Below are positions 18,799-30,000 of a stretch of 57,353 bases of DNA, piece after piece (position 1 is the first letter of the stretch; each line of letters opens with the position of its first letter). Source of the DNA: Deltaproteobacteria bacterium (GTDB lineage: Bacteria > Desulfobacterota > Binatia > UBA9968). Under the pieces are notes generated by a model, which saw only the letters and a program-made list of their open reading frames with translations, made no database searches and had not been told where the DNA came from. Made by a program: the position numbers and the translations under genes. Where the stretch lies: assembly GCA_023250515.1 (NCBI GenBank), contig JAHFAO010000003.1:1-57353 (forward strand), written 5' to 3'.

Positions 18799-19002
18799 TT
18801 ACTTCTCCCCACCTGGCAGCACTTTCTCCCTCACAACAGTCTCCAACCGAGCCAAATCCCGCTTGGTTTGCTTTAACTTCATGGGGTTTTCTAGCCGCTT
18901 TGTGGCCTTTCTGAGCTTCAAATGAAATATCTCTTCCTTGAGCTCCCCACGCTTTCGCGCAAGCTCATCAGTACTCATCTCCCGCATCTCCTTAGCCTCC
19001 AT
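18799..19002 (-). CDS. rpmC: 50S ribosomal protein L29
   Basis: Position between rplP and rpsQ; LENP...[10 protein letters not shown]. Confidence 0.95.
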   Translation of the reverse strand: MEAKEMREMSTDELARKRGELKEEIFHLKLRKATKRLENPMKLKQTKRDLARLETVVREKVLPGGEK

Positions 19003-19417
19003 GAACCATCCCTCTCCTCTCTACAAACAGGGTAGGGATCGAAAGCTTATGAGAGGCTAAGCGAAATGCCTCTCGGGCTAAGTCCCCCTCCACGCCTTCC
19101 ATTTCAAAGAGAATCCTTCCTGGCTTTATGACTGCCACCCATGCTTCCGGGGAACCCTTTCCCTTTCCCATACGGGTTTCTGCCGGCTTCTTGGTTAATG
19201 GCTTATCTGGGAAAATGCGTATCCAAACTTTCCCTCCGCGCTTTAGGTAACGGGTCAGAGCAATCCGGGCTGCCTCAATCTCACGGGCGGTCATCCAACC
19301 GCGCCCAACTGCCTTAAGACCATAGTCCCCAAAAGCCAACATAGATCCCCTAAAGGCCATCCCGGCCCTTCTCCCTTTTTGCTGCTTTCGATATTTTACC
19401 TTCTTCGGCTCTAACAT
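18992..19417 (-). CDS. rplP: 50S ribosomal protein L16
   Basis: KYRKQQKGR; RMGKGKG. Confidence 0.98.
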   Translation of the reverse strand: MLEPKKVKYRKQQKGRRAGMAFRGSMLAFGDYGLKAVGRGWMTAREIEAARIALTRYLKRGGKVWIRIFPDKPLTKKPAETRMGKGKGSPEAWVAVIKPGRILFEMEGVEGDLAREAFRLASHKLSIPTLFVERRGMVHGG

Positions 19418-19427
19418 AATTAAAACT

Positions 19428-19504
19428 AAGCACTCAGCTATCAGCCGTCAGCGATCAGCTTTAACGTTTGGGCTGATTGCTGATAGCTAATTGCTGATCG
19501 CTAG
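19428..19504. repeat. Palindromic heptamer array, family C
   Basis: tcagcta tcagccg tcagcga tcagctt ... ggctgat tgctgat agctaat tgctgat cgctag, between rpsC and rplP. Confidence 0.88.
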
Positions 19505-20167
19505 CTACCCTCCCAACGCTGCCTTTTGTTGCTCTTCTTCTTCGGTTAAGACCTCACCTCGGAAGATCCACGCCTTCACCCCAATGACACCATAAGTCGT
19601 CTGGGACTCAGCAAAACCATAGCTAATATCGGCCCGCAAGGTATGCAAAGGGACCCGACCCTCCCGATACCACTCGGTGCGCGCGATCTCAGATCCTCCC
19701 AATCTCCCGGCGCACTGAATCTTAACCCCTTGAGCCCCCATACGCATCGCGCGCGAGACGCTTTCTTTCATGGCCCGGCGGAACGCTACCCGGCGCTCTA
19801 ATTGCAAGGCCACATTCTCGGCCACGAGCTGCCCGTCCAGATCGGGGCGGCGCACCTCATGGATGTTGAGATAAGTCTCTCGATCAGTGAGACGGGCAAT
19901 ATCTTGCTTTATCTTTTCGATCTCCGCGCCCTTCTTGCCAATCACGATCCCGGGACGCGCCGTATGGATGTTAATTTTCGCTTTGTTCGCGGCTCTCTCA
20001 ATCTCGATTTTCGAAATCCCCGCATGGTAGAGACGACTCTTCAAAAACTTTTTAATCTTAAAATCCTCATGAAGCAACTTCACGTAGTCGTGGCGCGCGT
20101 ACCATTTAGAGTCCCAAGACTCGATGACCCCAATGCGAAAGATCTTCGGATGCGTCTTCTGACCCAT
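19505..20167 (-). CDS. rpsC: 30S ribosomal protein S3
   Basis: MGQKTHP; [12 protein letters not shown]. Confidence 0.98.
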   Translation of the reverse strand: MGQKTHPKIFRIGVIESWDSKWYARHDYVKLLHEDFKIKKFLKSRLYHAGISKIEIERAANKAKINIHTARPGIVIGKKGAEIEKIKQDIARLTDRETYLNIHEVRRPDLDGQLVAENVALQLERRVAFRRAMKESVSRAMRMGAQGVKIQCAGRLGGSEIARTEWYREGRVPLHTLRADISYGFAESQTTYGVIGVKAWIFRGEVLTEEEEQQKAALGG

Positions 20168-20508
20168 TAAGGTTCTCTCCTTTCGTCTACCACAACGGTG
20201 ATATGGCTCAAGCGCTTTCGAACACGCGTAGCCCGGCCCATGGCCCGAGGCATAAATCGCTTCCACATCCCTCCCTCATTCACTGTGACCCGCTTAACAT
20301 AAAGACGGTCCACATCTACGCTCTGAGTACCTTCCGCATTCGCCACCGCTGCCCGTAGGGTCTTGGCCACAACGGCCGCAGAGCGCTTAGGGACGAACTT
20401 TAAGATATTGAGGGCATCCTCAACCCCTTTTCCCCGGATCTGATCCACTACAAGTCTCACCTTACGAGGTGAGAGTCGGACAAATTTCGTAATGGCACGT
20501 GTCTCCAT
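20167..20508 (-). CDS. rplV: 50S ribosomal protein L22
   Basis: SPRKVRLV; PRAMGRA. Confidence 0.98.
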   Translation of the reverse strand: METRAITKFVRLSPRKVRLVVDQIRGKGVEDALNILKFVPKRSAAVVAKTLRAAVANAEGTQSVDVDRLYVKRVTVNEGGMWKRFMPRAMGRATRVRKRLSHITVVVDERREP

Positions 20509-20516
20509 GGGTGCTC

Positions 20517-20585
20517 GTTATTAGTTATTCGTTGACTCGTTACCCCGCACGATTAGACGAGTAACGATTACACGATTAACGAATC
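20517..20585. repeat. Palindromic array, family A
   Basis: gttatta gttattc gttgactc gttaccc | gattagac gagtaac gattacac gattaac, between rpsS and rplV. Confidence 0.85.
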
Positions 20586-20589
20586 GTCA

Positions 20590-20973
20590 TTAGGCCCCTG
20601 CCTTCGGGGCAGCCGGCGCCTTGGGCGCGGCCGGCGTCTGGGGAGTGCCCGCTGCCTGGGGAGCGCCCGGAAGTGGAGGTCCAGCAGGGACAGTCTCCTT
20701 AGCCTCTCCCTTTCGATCACCTGAATGGACGTAAAAAGTCCGCGTCGGAGAAAACTCTCCCAGTTTATGACCCACCATATTTTCCGTGATAAACACCGGA
20801 ATAAATTTTCTCCCGTTGTGGACGCCGATCGTGTACCCGACCATCTCCGGGATAATCGTAGAACGTCGAGACCAGGTCTTCAGGACCCGCTTCTCTCTAG
20901 ACTCATTCATCGCATCGATCTTACGCCTGAGGTGATCGTCCACAAATGGTCCCTTTTTGACTGAGCGAGCCAT
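20590..20973 (-). CDS. rpsS: 30S ribosomal protein S19 with a Pro/Ala-rich C-terminal extension
   Basis: [10 protein letters not shown]; GHKLGEF. Confidence 0.98.
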   Translation of the reverse strand: MARSVKKGPFVDDHLRRKIDAMNESREKRVLKTWSRRSTIIPEMVGYTIGVHNGRKFIPVFITENMVGHKLGEFSPTRTFYVHSGDRKGEAKETVPAGPPLPGAPQAAGTPQTPAAPKAPAAPKAGA

Positions 20974-20978
20974 CGCTA

Positions 20979-21803
20979 TCAAACCTCTCTACGTTTCACA
21001 ATATAATTATCCGAGGCCCGGTTTCTCCTCGTCTTGTATCCTTTGGTCGGCTTTCCCCAAGGAGTCTGGGGGTGGTTCCCCTTGGAACGGCCTTCTCCCC
21101 CTCCATGTGGATGATCCACTGGGTTTTTGGCAATTCCTCGAGTCACAGGTCTCCTCCCTAACCATCGGACCCGTCCTGCCTTCCCAAAGGAGATATTCCC
21201 TTGGTCGAGATTCCCCACTTGTCCCACAGTGGCGCGACACTCCGCAAGTACCTTACGCAACTCCCCAGACGGGAGTTTCAAGAGCGCATAAGCTCCCTCT
21301 TTCGCCATCAGCTGCGCCCCCGCGCCAGCGCTCCTAGCCAACTGACCCCCCTTGCCGATCTTGAGCTCGATGTTGTGAATCACGGTCCCCACAGGAATGA
21401 ACTTCATTGGGAGTGAATTCCCAGGTTTGATATCCACCTTATCATCCCCGGCAATCACCGGATCGCCCACCTGCAGATGATCTGGTGCCAGGATGTAGCG
21501 GCGTTCCCCATCGGCATAACAGAGAAGAGCGATGCGGGCGGAACGATTGGGATCATACTCAATCGCCTCCACCCTAGCAGGGACATTCTTCTTGTCGCGC
21601 TTAAAATCAATCAACCGATAAAGACGTCTATGGCCACCTCCTCGATGATCGCTGGTGATCCGACCGGTATTGTTCCGTCCCCCGCTCTTCCTCAGAGGCA
21701 GCAGTAAACCCTTCTCCGGCTCCGCTTTGGTGATTTCCTCAAAACTGAGGCCGGTACGAAAACGTATTCCTGGTGAGGTAGGCTGGTAACTCTTAATGGC
21801 CAT
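20979..21803 (-). CDS. rplB: 50S ribosomal protein L2
   Basis: EYDPNRSA; [12 protein letters not shown]. Confidence 0.98.
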   Translation of the reverse strand: MAIKSYQPTSPGIRFRTGLSFEEITKAEPEKGLLLPLRKSGGRNNTGRITSDHRGGGHRRLYRLIDFKRDKKNVPARVEAIEYDPNRSARIALLCYADGERRYILAPDHLQVGDPVIAGDDKVDIKPGNSLPMKFIPVGTVIHNIELKIGKGGQLARSAGAGAQLMAKEGAYALLKLPSGELRKVLAECRATVGQVGNLDQGNISFGKAGRVRWLGRRPVTRGIAKNPVDHPHGGGEGRSKGNHPQTPWGKPTKGYKTRRNRASDNYIVKRREV

Positions 21804-21819
21804 GTTTATTTCTGCTTTC

Positions 21820-21892
21820 TACTCGTTATTCGTTATTGGTTATTCGTTGACTCGATGAACGATTACACGAGTACACGATTAACGTATAACGT
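21820..21892. repeat. Palindromic array, family A
   Basis: gttattc gttattg gttattc gttgactc | gatgaac gattacac gagtacac gattaac gtataac, between rplW and rplB. Confidence 0.85.
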
Positions 21893-21894
21893 GA

Positions 21895-22185
21895 CTAGGC
21901 GCCACCAAAAAAGTCAATCTTGTCCCCTTCCTTCAAAGTTACATAGGCCTTTTTCCATTGCGACAAGCGACCGGTATTTCTCCCGACACGCCGGATCTTT
22001 CCGAGATACCGGATCATTCTGACCTTCACTACCTTTACCTTGAAAAGCGTCTCCACGGCTTTCTTGACCTCGATCTTATTGGCATCGGGCCGGACTCTAA
22101 ACAGGACTTGATGCGTCGTCTCTCCGAGAGCAGAGCCCTTCTCGGTAATTAAAGGGGCTTGGATGATCTCTTGGGGTTCTCTCAT
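21895..22185 (-). CDS. rplW: 50S ribosomal protein L23
   Basis: PLITEK; ANKIEVK; WKKAYVTL. Confidence 0.97.
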   Translation of the reverse strand: MREPQEIIQAPLITEKGSALGETTHQVLFRVRPDANKIEVKKAVETLFKVKVVKVRMIRYLGKIRRVGRNTGRLSQWKKAYVTLKEGDKIDFFGGA

Positions 22186-22931
22186 GCCGCCAACCTCTCC
22201 TCGAGCAGTTTCATTGCCCCTTCCGTCAAGATCAGATGCTCGTAGCGGAGGAGATCATAGACATTAAGCCCCTCGGCCCGAAGCACTTTCACGGTGGGAA
22301 GATTCCGCGCAGAGCGCTCTACTTTTTCATCCGGCTGGGGAATAACAATTAGGGCGTTTTTAACCTTTAGATCCTCCAGCATCTTGCGCATGAGTTTAGT
22401 CTTGGCTTCAGCCAGCTCCAACCTGTCTAGGACAATGATCTTTCCATCCCGATTCTTGAGACTCAGGGCCGACAGAAGGGCCTCCCTGCGGGCCTTCCTG
22501 GGTAGACGATAGGAATAGTCTCTCGGTTTAGGGCCGAAAATCGTTCCACCTCCAACCCAGAGAGGTGATCGGATGCTCCCTGCACGAGCTCTCCCCGTTC
22601 CCTTCTGACGCCAGGGCTTTTTTCCACCTCCACGCACAAACCCCTTTGTTTTACTCGAGGCCGTGCCCGCGCGGCGATTATTGAGCTGCATGGCCACCAC
22701 CTGATGCAGAAGGTGGTGGTGAACCCTAGCCCCGAAGATCTCCTCTTTGAGCACAGGCTTGAGGACCTGAACAGGTAGAGGCGATGGCCCCGAAACTTGA
22801 GATCTCTCTACAGCCTTAGCCGACGTTGCTTCATCGCGGGCTTCGATCTTTCCGTGGCCCTTTGTCTCCCTGGCCTTCCCTCCGCCGCTCTGGCGTGTCC
22901 TCTTCGGCGTCGGTTTCTTCTTCTCTGCCAT
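22182..22931 (-). CDS. rplD: 50S ribosomal protein L4 with an atypical N-terminus
   Basis: KKPWRQKGTGRARAGS; GGGTIFGP. Confidence 0.97.
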   Translation of the reverse strand: MAEKKKPTPKRTRQSGGGKARETKGHGKIEARDEATSAKAVERSQVSGPSPLPVQVLKPVLKEEIFGARVHHHLLHQVVAMQLNNRRAGTASSKTKGFVRGGGKKPWRQKGTGRARAGSIRSPLWVGGGTIFGPKPRDYSYRLPRKARREALLSALSLKNRDGKIIVLDRLELAEAKTKLMRKMLEDLKVKNALIVIPQPDEKVERSARNLPTVKVLRAEGLNVYDLLRYEHLILTEGAMKLLEERLAA

Positions 22932-22933
22932 TT

Positions 22934-23572
22934 CTATTTACTACCTTTCACTGCGCGCCGAATTAATAGGACTCCCCGCTTAGAGCCGGGGACAGCGCCT
23001 TTAACCAAGATCAGATTCCCATCGGGCCGAACCGCAACCACCTCGAGATTTTGCACCGAGACTCGCTCACTCCCCCAGTGCCCCGCCATTTTCTTTCCCT
23101 TGAAGACCCGGCCTGGAAATGATCGGTTGCCGATCGAACCCCCATGACGAAAATATTCGTGGGTCCCGTGGGAAGCAGGGAATCCCCCAAACCTCCAACG
23201 CTTAATTACCCCAGAAAAACCTCTCCCTTTCGAAGTTCCAGTGACATCAATCAGATCTCCTGCTTTAAAGAGATCAGATACCTTGACCTCCTGCCCGAGT
23301 TCGTATTGCGACACGTCTTCTAGGCGGAACTCACGCAAGACTTGAAAGGCCCCCTTCCCAGTCTTTTCCATGTGTCCCTGCTCCGGCTTGTTCATTCTCT
23401 GGATTTTCTTACTTCCAAAGCCAAGCTGTAGGGCATTGTAGCCGTCCCTTGCTGTTTCCTTCTTTTGTACGACTACACACGGGCCAGTCTCGATGACCGT
23501 GATAGGAACAACGTTCCCATCAGCGGCTAAAAACTGCGTCATCCCAACCTTCTTTCCAATAAGACCAGTCAT
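22934..23572 (-). CDS. rplC: 50S ribosomal protein L3
   Basis: GKKVGMTQ; KGKKMAGH; KGAVPG. Confidence 0.98.
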   Translation of the reverse strand: MTGLIGKKVGMTQFLAADGNVVPITVIETGPCVVVQKKETARDGYNALQLGFGSKKIQRMNKPEQGHMEKTGKGAFQVLREFRLEDVSQYELGQEVKVSDLFKAGDLIDVTGTSKGRGFSGVIKRWRFGGFPASHGTHEYFRHGGSIGNRSFPGRVFKGKKMAGHWGSERVSVQNLEVVAVRPDGNLILVKGAVPGSKRGVLLIRRAVKGSK

Positions 23573-23582
23573 AATAAAAGTC

Positions 23583-23650
23583 GCATTCAGGTGTCAGAAG
23601 CCAGCATCAGGTGGCATTCTGAATTCTGTCTCCTGGGTTCCGAATTCTTC
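23583..23650. repeat. Palindromic heptamer array, family B
   Basis: cattcaggtgtcagaagccag...attctgaattctgtctcctgggttccgaattct, between rpsJ and rplC. Confidence 0.65.
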
Positions 23651-23959
23651 TCATTGTAATTTGATCTCCACATCCACGCCAGCAGCCAGATCCAGTTTCC
23701 CCAAGGCGTCAATGGTCTGCTGGGTAGGCTCTAGGATATCAAGCAACCGTTTGTGGGTACGAATTTCAAACTGTTCTCTGGACTTCTTGTCTACATGAGG
23801 AGAACGGTTGACCGTAAACCTCTCGATGTGCGTTGGGAGAGGAATAGGTCCGGCCACTCTCCCCCCAGCTCGCTTTACGGTCTCCACAATTTCTCCCACC
23901 GACTGATCCAAGACACGGTGGTCATAGGCTTTCAGCCTGATCCGGATCCTCTCGTTCAT
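23651..23959 (-). CDS. rpsJ: 30S ribosomal protein S10
   Basis: [10 protein letters not shown]; GPIPLPT; KKSREQFE. Confidence 0.98.
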   Translation of the reverse strand: MNERIRIRLKAYDHRVLDQSVGEIVETVKRAGGRVAGPIPLPTHIERFTVNRSPHVDKKSREQFEIRTHKRLLDILEPTQQTIDALGKLDLAAGVDVEIKLQ

Positions 23960-23982
23960 AACTAAATCGAATTAGAATATGA

Positions 23983-26064
23983 TTATAGTCCAACTGCCTT
24001 GGCACTAATCTCCTCAGAGATAGCAGCCGGTACCGGTTCATAATGAGAAAACTGCATGGTATAGGTAGCTCTCCCTTGAGTCATTGAGCGGAGATCGGTG
24101 GCATAACCAAACATCTCAGCCAGAGGAACGCGTGCCTCAATCACTTGAGCAGCAGGGCGGGAGTCCATACCGAGGACCTTCCCGCGCCTAGAGCTAATAT
24201 CTCCAATAACCTCTCCCATAAACTCTTCCGGCACCACCACCTCCACGGCCATGATGGGTTCCAAAAGGACAGGGCTAGCCTTACTTACCGCACCCTTAAA
24301 GGCCAAAGAGCCGGCAATTTTAAAGGCAATCTCCGAGGAGTCGACATCATGGTAGCTGCCATCCAGGAGCGTGACCTTAACGTCCACCAAAGGATAGCCC
24401 GCCAACGCGCCGCTTTCTGTCGCTTCTCGAACGCCTTTTTCCACCGCAGGGATGTACTCCCGGGGAACGGCGCCGCCTTTAATGGCATCGACAAATTCAA
24501 AACCCTTCCCGGGTGGTTGGGGCTCTACCCTGAGAGTGACATCTCCGTATTGTCCCCGGCCACCGGTTTGGCGAATAAACTTGCCCTCCTGCTCTACCGC
24601 TTTGCGAATAGTCTCTTTATAGGCCACCTGGGGTTTACCGACATTGGCACTAACATTAAACTCCCTGAGCAGTCGGTCTACGATAATCTCCAAGTGGAGC
24701 TCCCCCATTCCGGATATGATGGTCTGTCCGGTCTCCTCATCGGTTCGCACCCTAAAGGAAGGGTCCTCGGTGGTCAACTTTTGCAACGAAAGACCAAGCT
24801 TTTCCTGATCGGCTTTGCTCTTCGGTTCAATGGCGATGGAAATAACAGGCTCAGGGAACTCAATAGATTCCAAAATGATCGGTTGCGTCTCTTCACAAAG
24901 TGTATCTCCAGTGGTGGCAGTTCTCAGGCCCACGGCGGCAGCGATATCACCGGCGTAGACTTCCTTGATCTCCTCACGTTTGTTGGCATGCATCTTTAAA
25001 AGACGCCCGATCCTCTCCCTTTTGCCTTTCGTAGAATTGTAGATGCTGGAACCGGAAAATAGAGCACCTGAGTAAACGCGGAAAAAGGTCAGTGTTCCCA
25101 CGAATGGATCCGTCATGATCTTAAAGGCCAGCGCCGAAAATGGAGCCTCATCGCTCGGGGATCGCTCCCCTTCGCCCTGAGAAAAGGGGTGCTTACCCCG
25201 AACCGGAGGAATATCTAGAGGAGAGGGGAGATAGCCGACCACGGCGTCGAGTAGGGGTTGAACCCCTTTGTTCCTGAAGGCGGCGCCACACAGAACCGGG
25301 ACTAACTTGAGTTCGAGGCCGGCCTTACGAATGGCCTTGCGGAGTTCGGTCTCGGTAATCTCTCGCCCATCCAAATAGGTTTCCATGATAGACTCATCAC
25401 AGTCTGCCACGGCCTCCAGAAGCCTTTCCCGATATTCCTCGGCCTGCCCAGCCAGCTCAGGCGGAATCGGATCCACTCGGTACTTGGCCCCAAGACTATC
25501 CTCTTCCCACAAAATCGCCTTCATTTGTACTAGGTCAATGATTCCTCTAAAATGCTCTTCGGCCCCAATGGGGAGCTGAACCGGAAGCGGGTGGGCACCC
25601 AAGCGGTCCTGCATCATTTGCACAACACGGGGAAAGTCGGCCCCAAGGCGATCCATCTTGTTGACAAAGGCAATGCGGGGAACTCGATATTTGTCTGCCT
25701 GACGCCAAACCGTTTCCGTCTGGGGCTCCACCCCTCCAACAGAGCAGAAAACCGCAATAGCCCCATCGAGAACACGCAGGGATCGCTCGACCTCAATCGT
25801 AAAATCTACATGTCCGGGTGTGTCGATGACATTAATCCGATGATCACGCCATAAACAGGTGGTAGCAGCCGAAGTGATCGTGATACCACGCTCCTGCTCC
25901 TGGACCATCCAATCCATGGTGGCAGTTCCCTCATCTACCTCGCCGATCTTATAGTTGATCCCCGTGTAATAGAGAATCCTCTCGGTCGTCGTAGTCTTCC
26001 CCGCATCAATATGGGCCATGATTCCGATGTTGCGGGTCTTATCTAAAGAAATCGTCCTGGCCAT
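23983..26064 (-). CDS. fusA: Elongation factor G
   Basis: AHIDAGKTT; RGITITSA; DTPGH; NKMD; GMGELHL. Confidence 0.98.
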   Translation of the reverse strand: MARTISLDKTRNIGIMAHIDAGKTTTTERILYYTGINYKIGEVDEGTATMDWMVQEQERGITITSAATTCLWRDHRINVIDTPGHVDFTIEVERSLRVLDGAIAVFCSVGGVEPQTETVWRQADKYRVPRIAFVNKMDRLGADFPRVVQMMQDRLGAHPLPVQLPIGAEEHFRGIIDLVQMKAILWEEDSLGAKYRVDPIPPELAGQAEEYRERLLEAVADCDESIMETYLDGREITETELRKAIRKAGLELKLVPVLCGAAFRNKGVQPLLDAVVGYLPSPLDIPPVRGKHPFSQGEGERSPSDEAPFSALAFKIMTDPFVGTLTFFRVYSGALFSGSSIYNSTKGKRERIGRLLKMHANKREEIKEVYAGDIAAAVGLRTATTGDTLCEETQPIILESIEFPEPVISIAIEPKSKADQEKLGLSLQKLTTEDPSFRVRTDEETGQTIISGMGELHLEIIVDRLLREFNVSANVGKPQVAYKETIRKAVEQEGKFIRQTGGRGQYGDVTLRVEPQPPGKGFEFVDAIKGGAVPREYIPAVEKGVREATESGALAGYPLVDVKVTLLDGSYHDVDSSEIAFKIAGSLAFKGAVSKASPVLLEPIMAVEVVVPEEFMGEVIGDISSRRGKVLGMDSRPAAQVIEARVPLAEMFGYATDLRSMTQGRATYTMQFSHYEPVPAAISEEISAKAVGL

Positions 26065-26081
26065 TTTTCATCAGCACAGGG

Positions 26082-26112
26082 AAAAAAAGGAGGCGGTCTA
26101 ACCGCCTCCTTT
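26082..26112 (-). terminator. Intrinsic terminator-like hairpin between rpsG and fusA
   Basis: Minus strand: AAAGGAGGCGGT-TAG-ACCGCCTCC followed by T7. Confidence 0.7.
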
Positions 26113-26136
26113 CTCCGTGTGAGTCCTTAAATCAAA

Positions 26137-26607
26137 CTACCAGCGGTAATGGGCAAAGGCTCTATTGGCCTCCGCCATCCGATGGGTATCTTCCTTCTTC
26201 TTTATCGCCCCCCCACGATTGTTTGCCGCATCGATCAATTCCCCGGCTAGCTTTTCCTCCATGGACTTTTCCCCTCGGAGCCGGGCTGACTGGATCAACC
26301 AGCGCATACTTAAAGATAGGCGTCGTTGCGGGCGCACCTCAATTGGAACCTGATAGGTGGCCCCTCCCACACGGCGCGACCGCACCTCAACTACGGGACG
26401 GGTATTGTCCAAGGCCCGTTTAAAGACAGTTAGGGAGTCCTCTTTGGTTTTTTCAGCGACGATATCTAGAGAACTGTAAAAGAACCTCTCCGCCACGCTC
26501 TTTTTGCCACGGTTCATGATCGTATTGACAAACTTGGCTACCAACTTATCCCCATATTTCGGGTCAGGCAGAACCTCTCTCTTTTTGACCTCTCCTTTGC
26601 GCGGCAT
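26137..26607 (-). CDS. rpsG: 30S ribosomal protein S7
   Basis: [12 protein letters not shown]; [12 protein letters not shown]. Confidence 0.98.
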   Translation of the reverse strand: MPRKGEVKKREVLPDPKYGDKLVAKFVNTIMNRGKKSVAERFFYSSLDIVAEKTKEDSLTVFKRALDNTRPVVEVRSRRVGGATYQVPIEVRPQRRLSLSMRWLIQSARLRGEKSMEEKLAGELIDAANNRGGAIKKKEDTHRMAEANRAFAHYRW

Positions 26608-26614
26608 CTCAACC

Positions 26615-26986
26615 CTACTTTGGCTTTTTTGCCCCGTATTTGGAGCGGCTTTGGCGCCGCTCCTGGACTCCTATCGCATCAAGGGTCCCACGAATGATAT
26701 GATACCGGACACCTGGAAGATCCTTGACCCTACCCCCTCGAATTAAGACCATCGAGTGTTCTTGCAGGTTATGCCCAACTCCCGGGATATAAGAGGTCAC
26801 CTCAATCCCGTTGGTGAGACGTACCCGTGCTACTTTCCGCAAAGCCGAATTTGGCTTCTTTGGGGTCGAAGTATAGACTCGAGTGCAGACCCCCCTCTTC
26901 TGCGGGCAGCCCTGGAGAGCCGGAGCGGTATTTTTTCGCCGCTGCTTCTCCCTACCGGCACGCACTAGTTGACTAATAGTGGGCAT
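26615..26986 (-). CDS. rpsL: 30S ribosomal protein S12
   Basis: [11 protein letters not shown]; RVKDLPGV. Confidence 0.98.
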   Translation of the reverse strand: MPTISQLVRAGREKQRRKNTAPALQGCPQKRGVCTRVYTSTPKKPNSALRKVARVRLTNGIEVTSYIPGVGHNLQEHSMVLIRGGRVKDLPGVRYHIIRGTLDAIGVQERRQSRSKYGAKKPK

Positions 26987-27047
26987 AGTCTTCCAACCAC
27001 CAACTCATCATCTCTTGTACAAATCATAATTACCGCTAAAACTTTTA

Positions 27048-27076
27048 TTTTTAACAGACTATCCTTTGGCTGTCAA
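27048..27076 (-). promoter_or_regulatory. sigma70 promoter for the str operon
   Basis: TTGACA-17 nt-TAAAAA with an extended -10 TG. Confidence 0.6.
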
Positions 27077-27081
27077 AAACC

Positions 27082-30000
27082 CTACGCCTCTGCTGCCTCC
27101 GAAATTTTCATCTCCTCCACCTCGGACTCCTCTATCTCCAATTCTAAGTTGGAATACTTAGAAAACCCTGTGCCTGCGGGGATCAGCCGGCCCATGATCA
27201 CGTTTTCTTTGAGTCCGCAAAGGAGATCCACCTTCCCATGAATGGCCGCCTCAGTTAGAACCTTGGTCGTTTCTTGGAATGAAGCAGCCGATATGAAGCT
27301 CTCCGTTGAGAGTGAGGCCTTGGTGATTCCAAGAAGAAGGGGTTCAGCCACGGCAGGTTTTCCCCCTTGCGTAATCACCTTTTGGTTCTCTTCTTCAAAA
27401 CGCGACTTTTCCACTTGGTCCCCGACAAGAAAATCAGCGTCTCCCACCTCCTTGATTCTAACACGGCGGAGCATCTGCCGCACGATGACTTCGATGTGCT
27501 TGTCGTTAATCCGCACCCCCTGGAGCCGGTAGATCTCCTGAACTTCGTCTACAAGGTACTTGGCCAAGGCCTTCTCCCCCAAGATGTTGAGGATGTCATG
27601 CGGATTGGAAGAGCCATCCATCAACGGCTCTCCAGCTCTGACACGATCGCCCTCGTGGACACTGATGTGCTTTCCCTTTTGGATCAGGTACTCCCTGGGC
27701 TCTCCCACATCCGGAGTAATCACGACCTTCCGTTTCCCCTTAGTATCCTTACCGAAAGAAACCACTCCATCAATCTCACTAATGACGGCGAACTCCTTGG
27801 GCTTGCGCGCCTCGAACAGCTCAGCGACCCTTGGGAGTCCTCCTGTAATGTCCTTGGTTTTGGTCGTCTCGCGGGGGATCTTGGCTAAGGCATCGCCAGC
27901 AGATATCGTCTGTCCTTCTTGAACATTGATATGGGCACCGACCGGCAAGAGGTAGCGTGCTTCCGCCGTCTGGGAAAGACGAGCGGTTTGTCCCTTCACG
28001 TCCTTAATGGAGATCCGGGGCCGTTTATCCATGTCCTTGAAGTCAATCATGACCTTGGTCGAGAGGCCGGTCCGCTCATCCACCTTTTCCTCCATCGTTA
28101 TCCCTTCGATAACGTCTCCAAACTTGACCGCCCCACCCACCTCAGTAAGGATGGGAATCGTGTAAGGGTCCCATTCCGCCAAGAGTTCCCCAGCCTTGAT
28201 CTTGGATCCGTCTTTCTTCTTGAACCTCGCGCCGTAGACTACCGGACAACGTTCCCTCTCTCTTTCTCTACCTTTGTCTCCCCCTTCCGGGTAATCCACA
28301 ATGGCGATTTCCCCGTTTCGGTTCATCACCACAAGATCCCCGTCTTTATTGGTAACCGTGCTGATGTTAATGAATTTAAGGAAACCATCGTTCCGAGCCT
28401 CCAAGGTGGTTTGCTCTGCCCGTCTACTGGCAGTTCCCCCGATATGGAAGGTCCGCATGGTGAGCTGCGTCCCTGGCTCTCCGATGGACTGGGCGGCAAT
28501 CACACCGATAGCCTCGCCGTGGTTCACCATGTGACCTCGTGCCAGATCACGTCCGTAGCACATCACGCAAACCGCTCGTTTCGACTGACAGGTCAGCACG
28601 GACCGAATCTTGATCCGCTCCAAACCTGCATCTTCGATGCGCTGAACAAGATCCTCGTCAATCTCTTGATTGGCCTTAACGATCACTTCACCTGTAAACG
28701 GATCCTTCACGTCTTCCAGGGCAACTCTCCCCAGCACACGGTCGCCGAGCGGCTCGATGATTTCACCTCCCTCCATCAGTGGGGCCATCTCAATGCCGTC
28801 CAGGGTCCCGCAGTTCTCTTCCGTAATGACTGAGTCCTGGGCCACGTCCACGAGCCTGCGAGTGAGATACCCCGAGTTCGCAGTTTTGAGAGCCGTGTCC
28901 GCCAATCCCTTTCGGGCCCCGTGGGTAGAGATAAAGTACTGCAACACGGTCAACCCCTCGCGGAAGTTGGCGGTGATCGGGGTTTCAATGATCTCCCCAG
29001 AAGGCTTGGCCATCAGCCCGCGCATGCCAGCAAGTTGGCGAATTTGCTGAGCGCTGCCTCTGGCACCGGAATCCGCCATCATAAAAATCGGGTTGAAGCT
29101 GGGAACGGTAATCTTGTGTCCCTTTTCATCTGTAATACTTTCCGTCCCGAGATCTCGCAGCATCTCATCGGCAATCCGGTCCGTCACTTCGGCCCAAATA
29201 TCGACTACCTTGTTGTAACGTTCCCCATCCGTGATGAGACCATTTTTATACTGTTCCTCGATCTCACGGACATCCTCGTGGGCCCTCTTGAGCAATTCCT
29301 CCTTGCCGGCCGGGATCACCATATCCTTGATAGCAATGGATATCCCTGCCTTTGTTGCATAATGATAACCGATATCCTTGAGTCTATCGGCAAGGATCAC
29401 GGTCGCCTTGTTCCCCGCAAGTCGATAGCTTATGTCAATCAGGTTGGCCAGCTCCTTTTTCTTCATCACCCGATTGACCTCTTTAAAGGGAATTATGGGA
29501 GGGACCACCTCGTAGAGAAGGACTCGGCCGACCGTCGTCTCGATCCTCTCTTTATTGATCCGAACGGTAATGGGGACCTGAAGGCCTACCTCACCTTGGT
29601 CATAGGCGATCCGCACCTCTTCCGCATTGGCAAATATTCGATGCGGCCCCTTTGCGCTTAGGCGCTCTCGAGTCATGTAATAGAGGCCCAAGACAATATC
29701 CTGCGTGGGAACGATGATTGGTTTACCGTTGGCGGGTGATAGAATATTGTTGGTCGACATCATGAGGGTCCGCGCCTCTACCTGAGCCTCTATGGAGAGG
29801 GGAACATGAACCGCCATTTGATCTCCATCGAAATCAGCATTGTAAGCGGCGCACACCAATGGATGAAGCTGAATCGCTTTGCCATCTATGAGAATTGGCT
29901 CAAAGGCCTGTATCCCAAGACGATGTAAAGTCGGCGCCCGGTTGAGTAGGACGGGGTGTTCCCGAATCACCTCATCCAGGATATCCCAGACCTCCGGCCG

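Noticed and set aside
24145-24999. 284-aa plus-strand ORF
   Set aside because: Antisense shadow of fusA with no recognisable motifs
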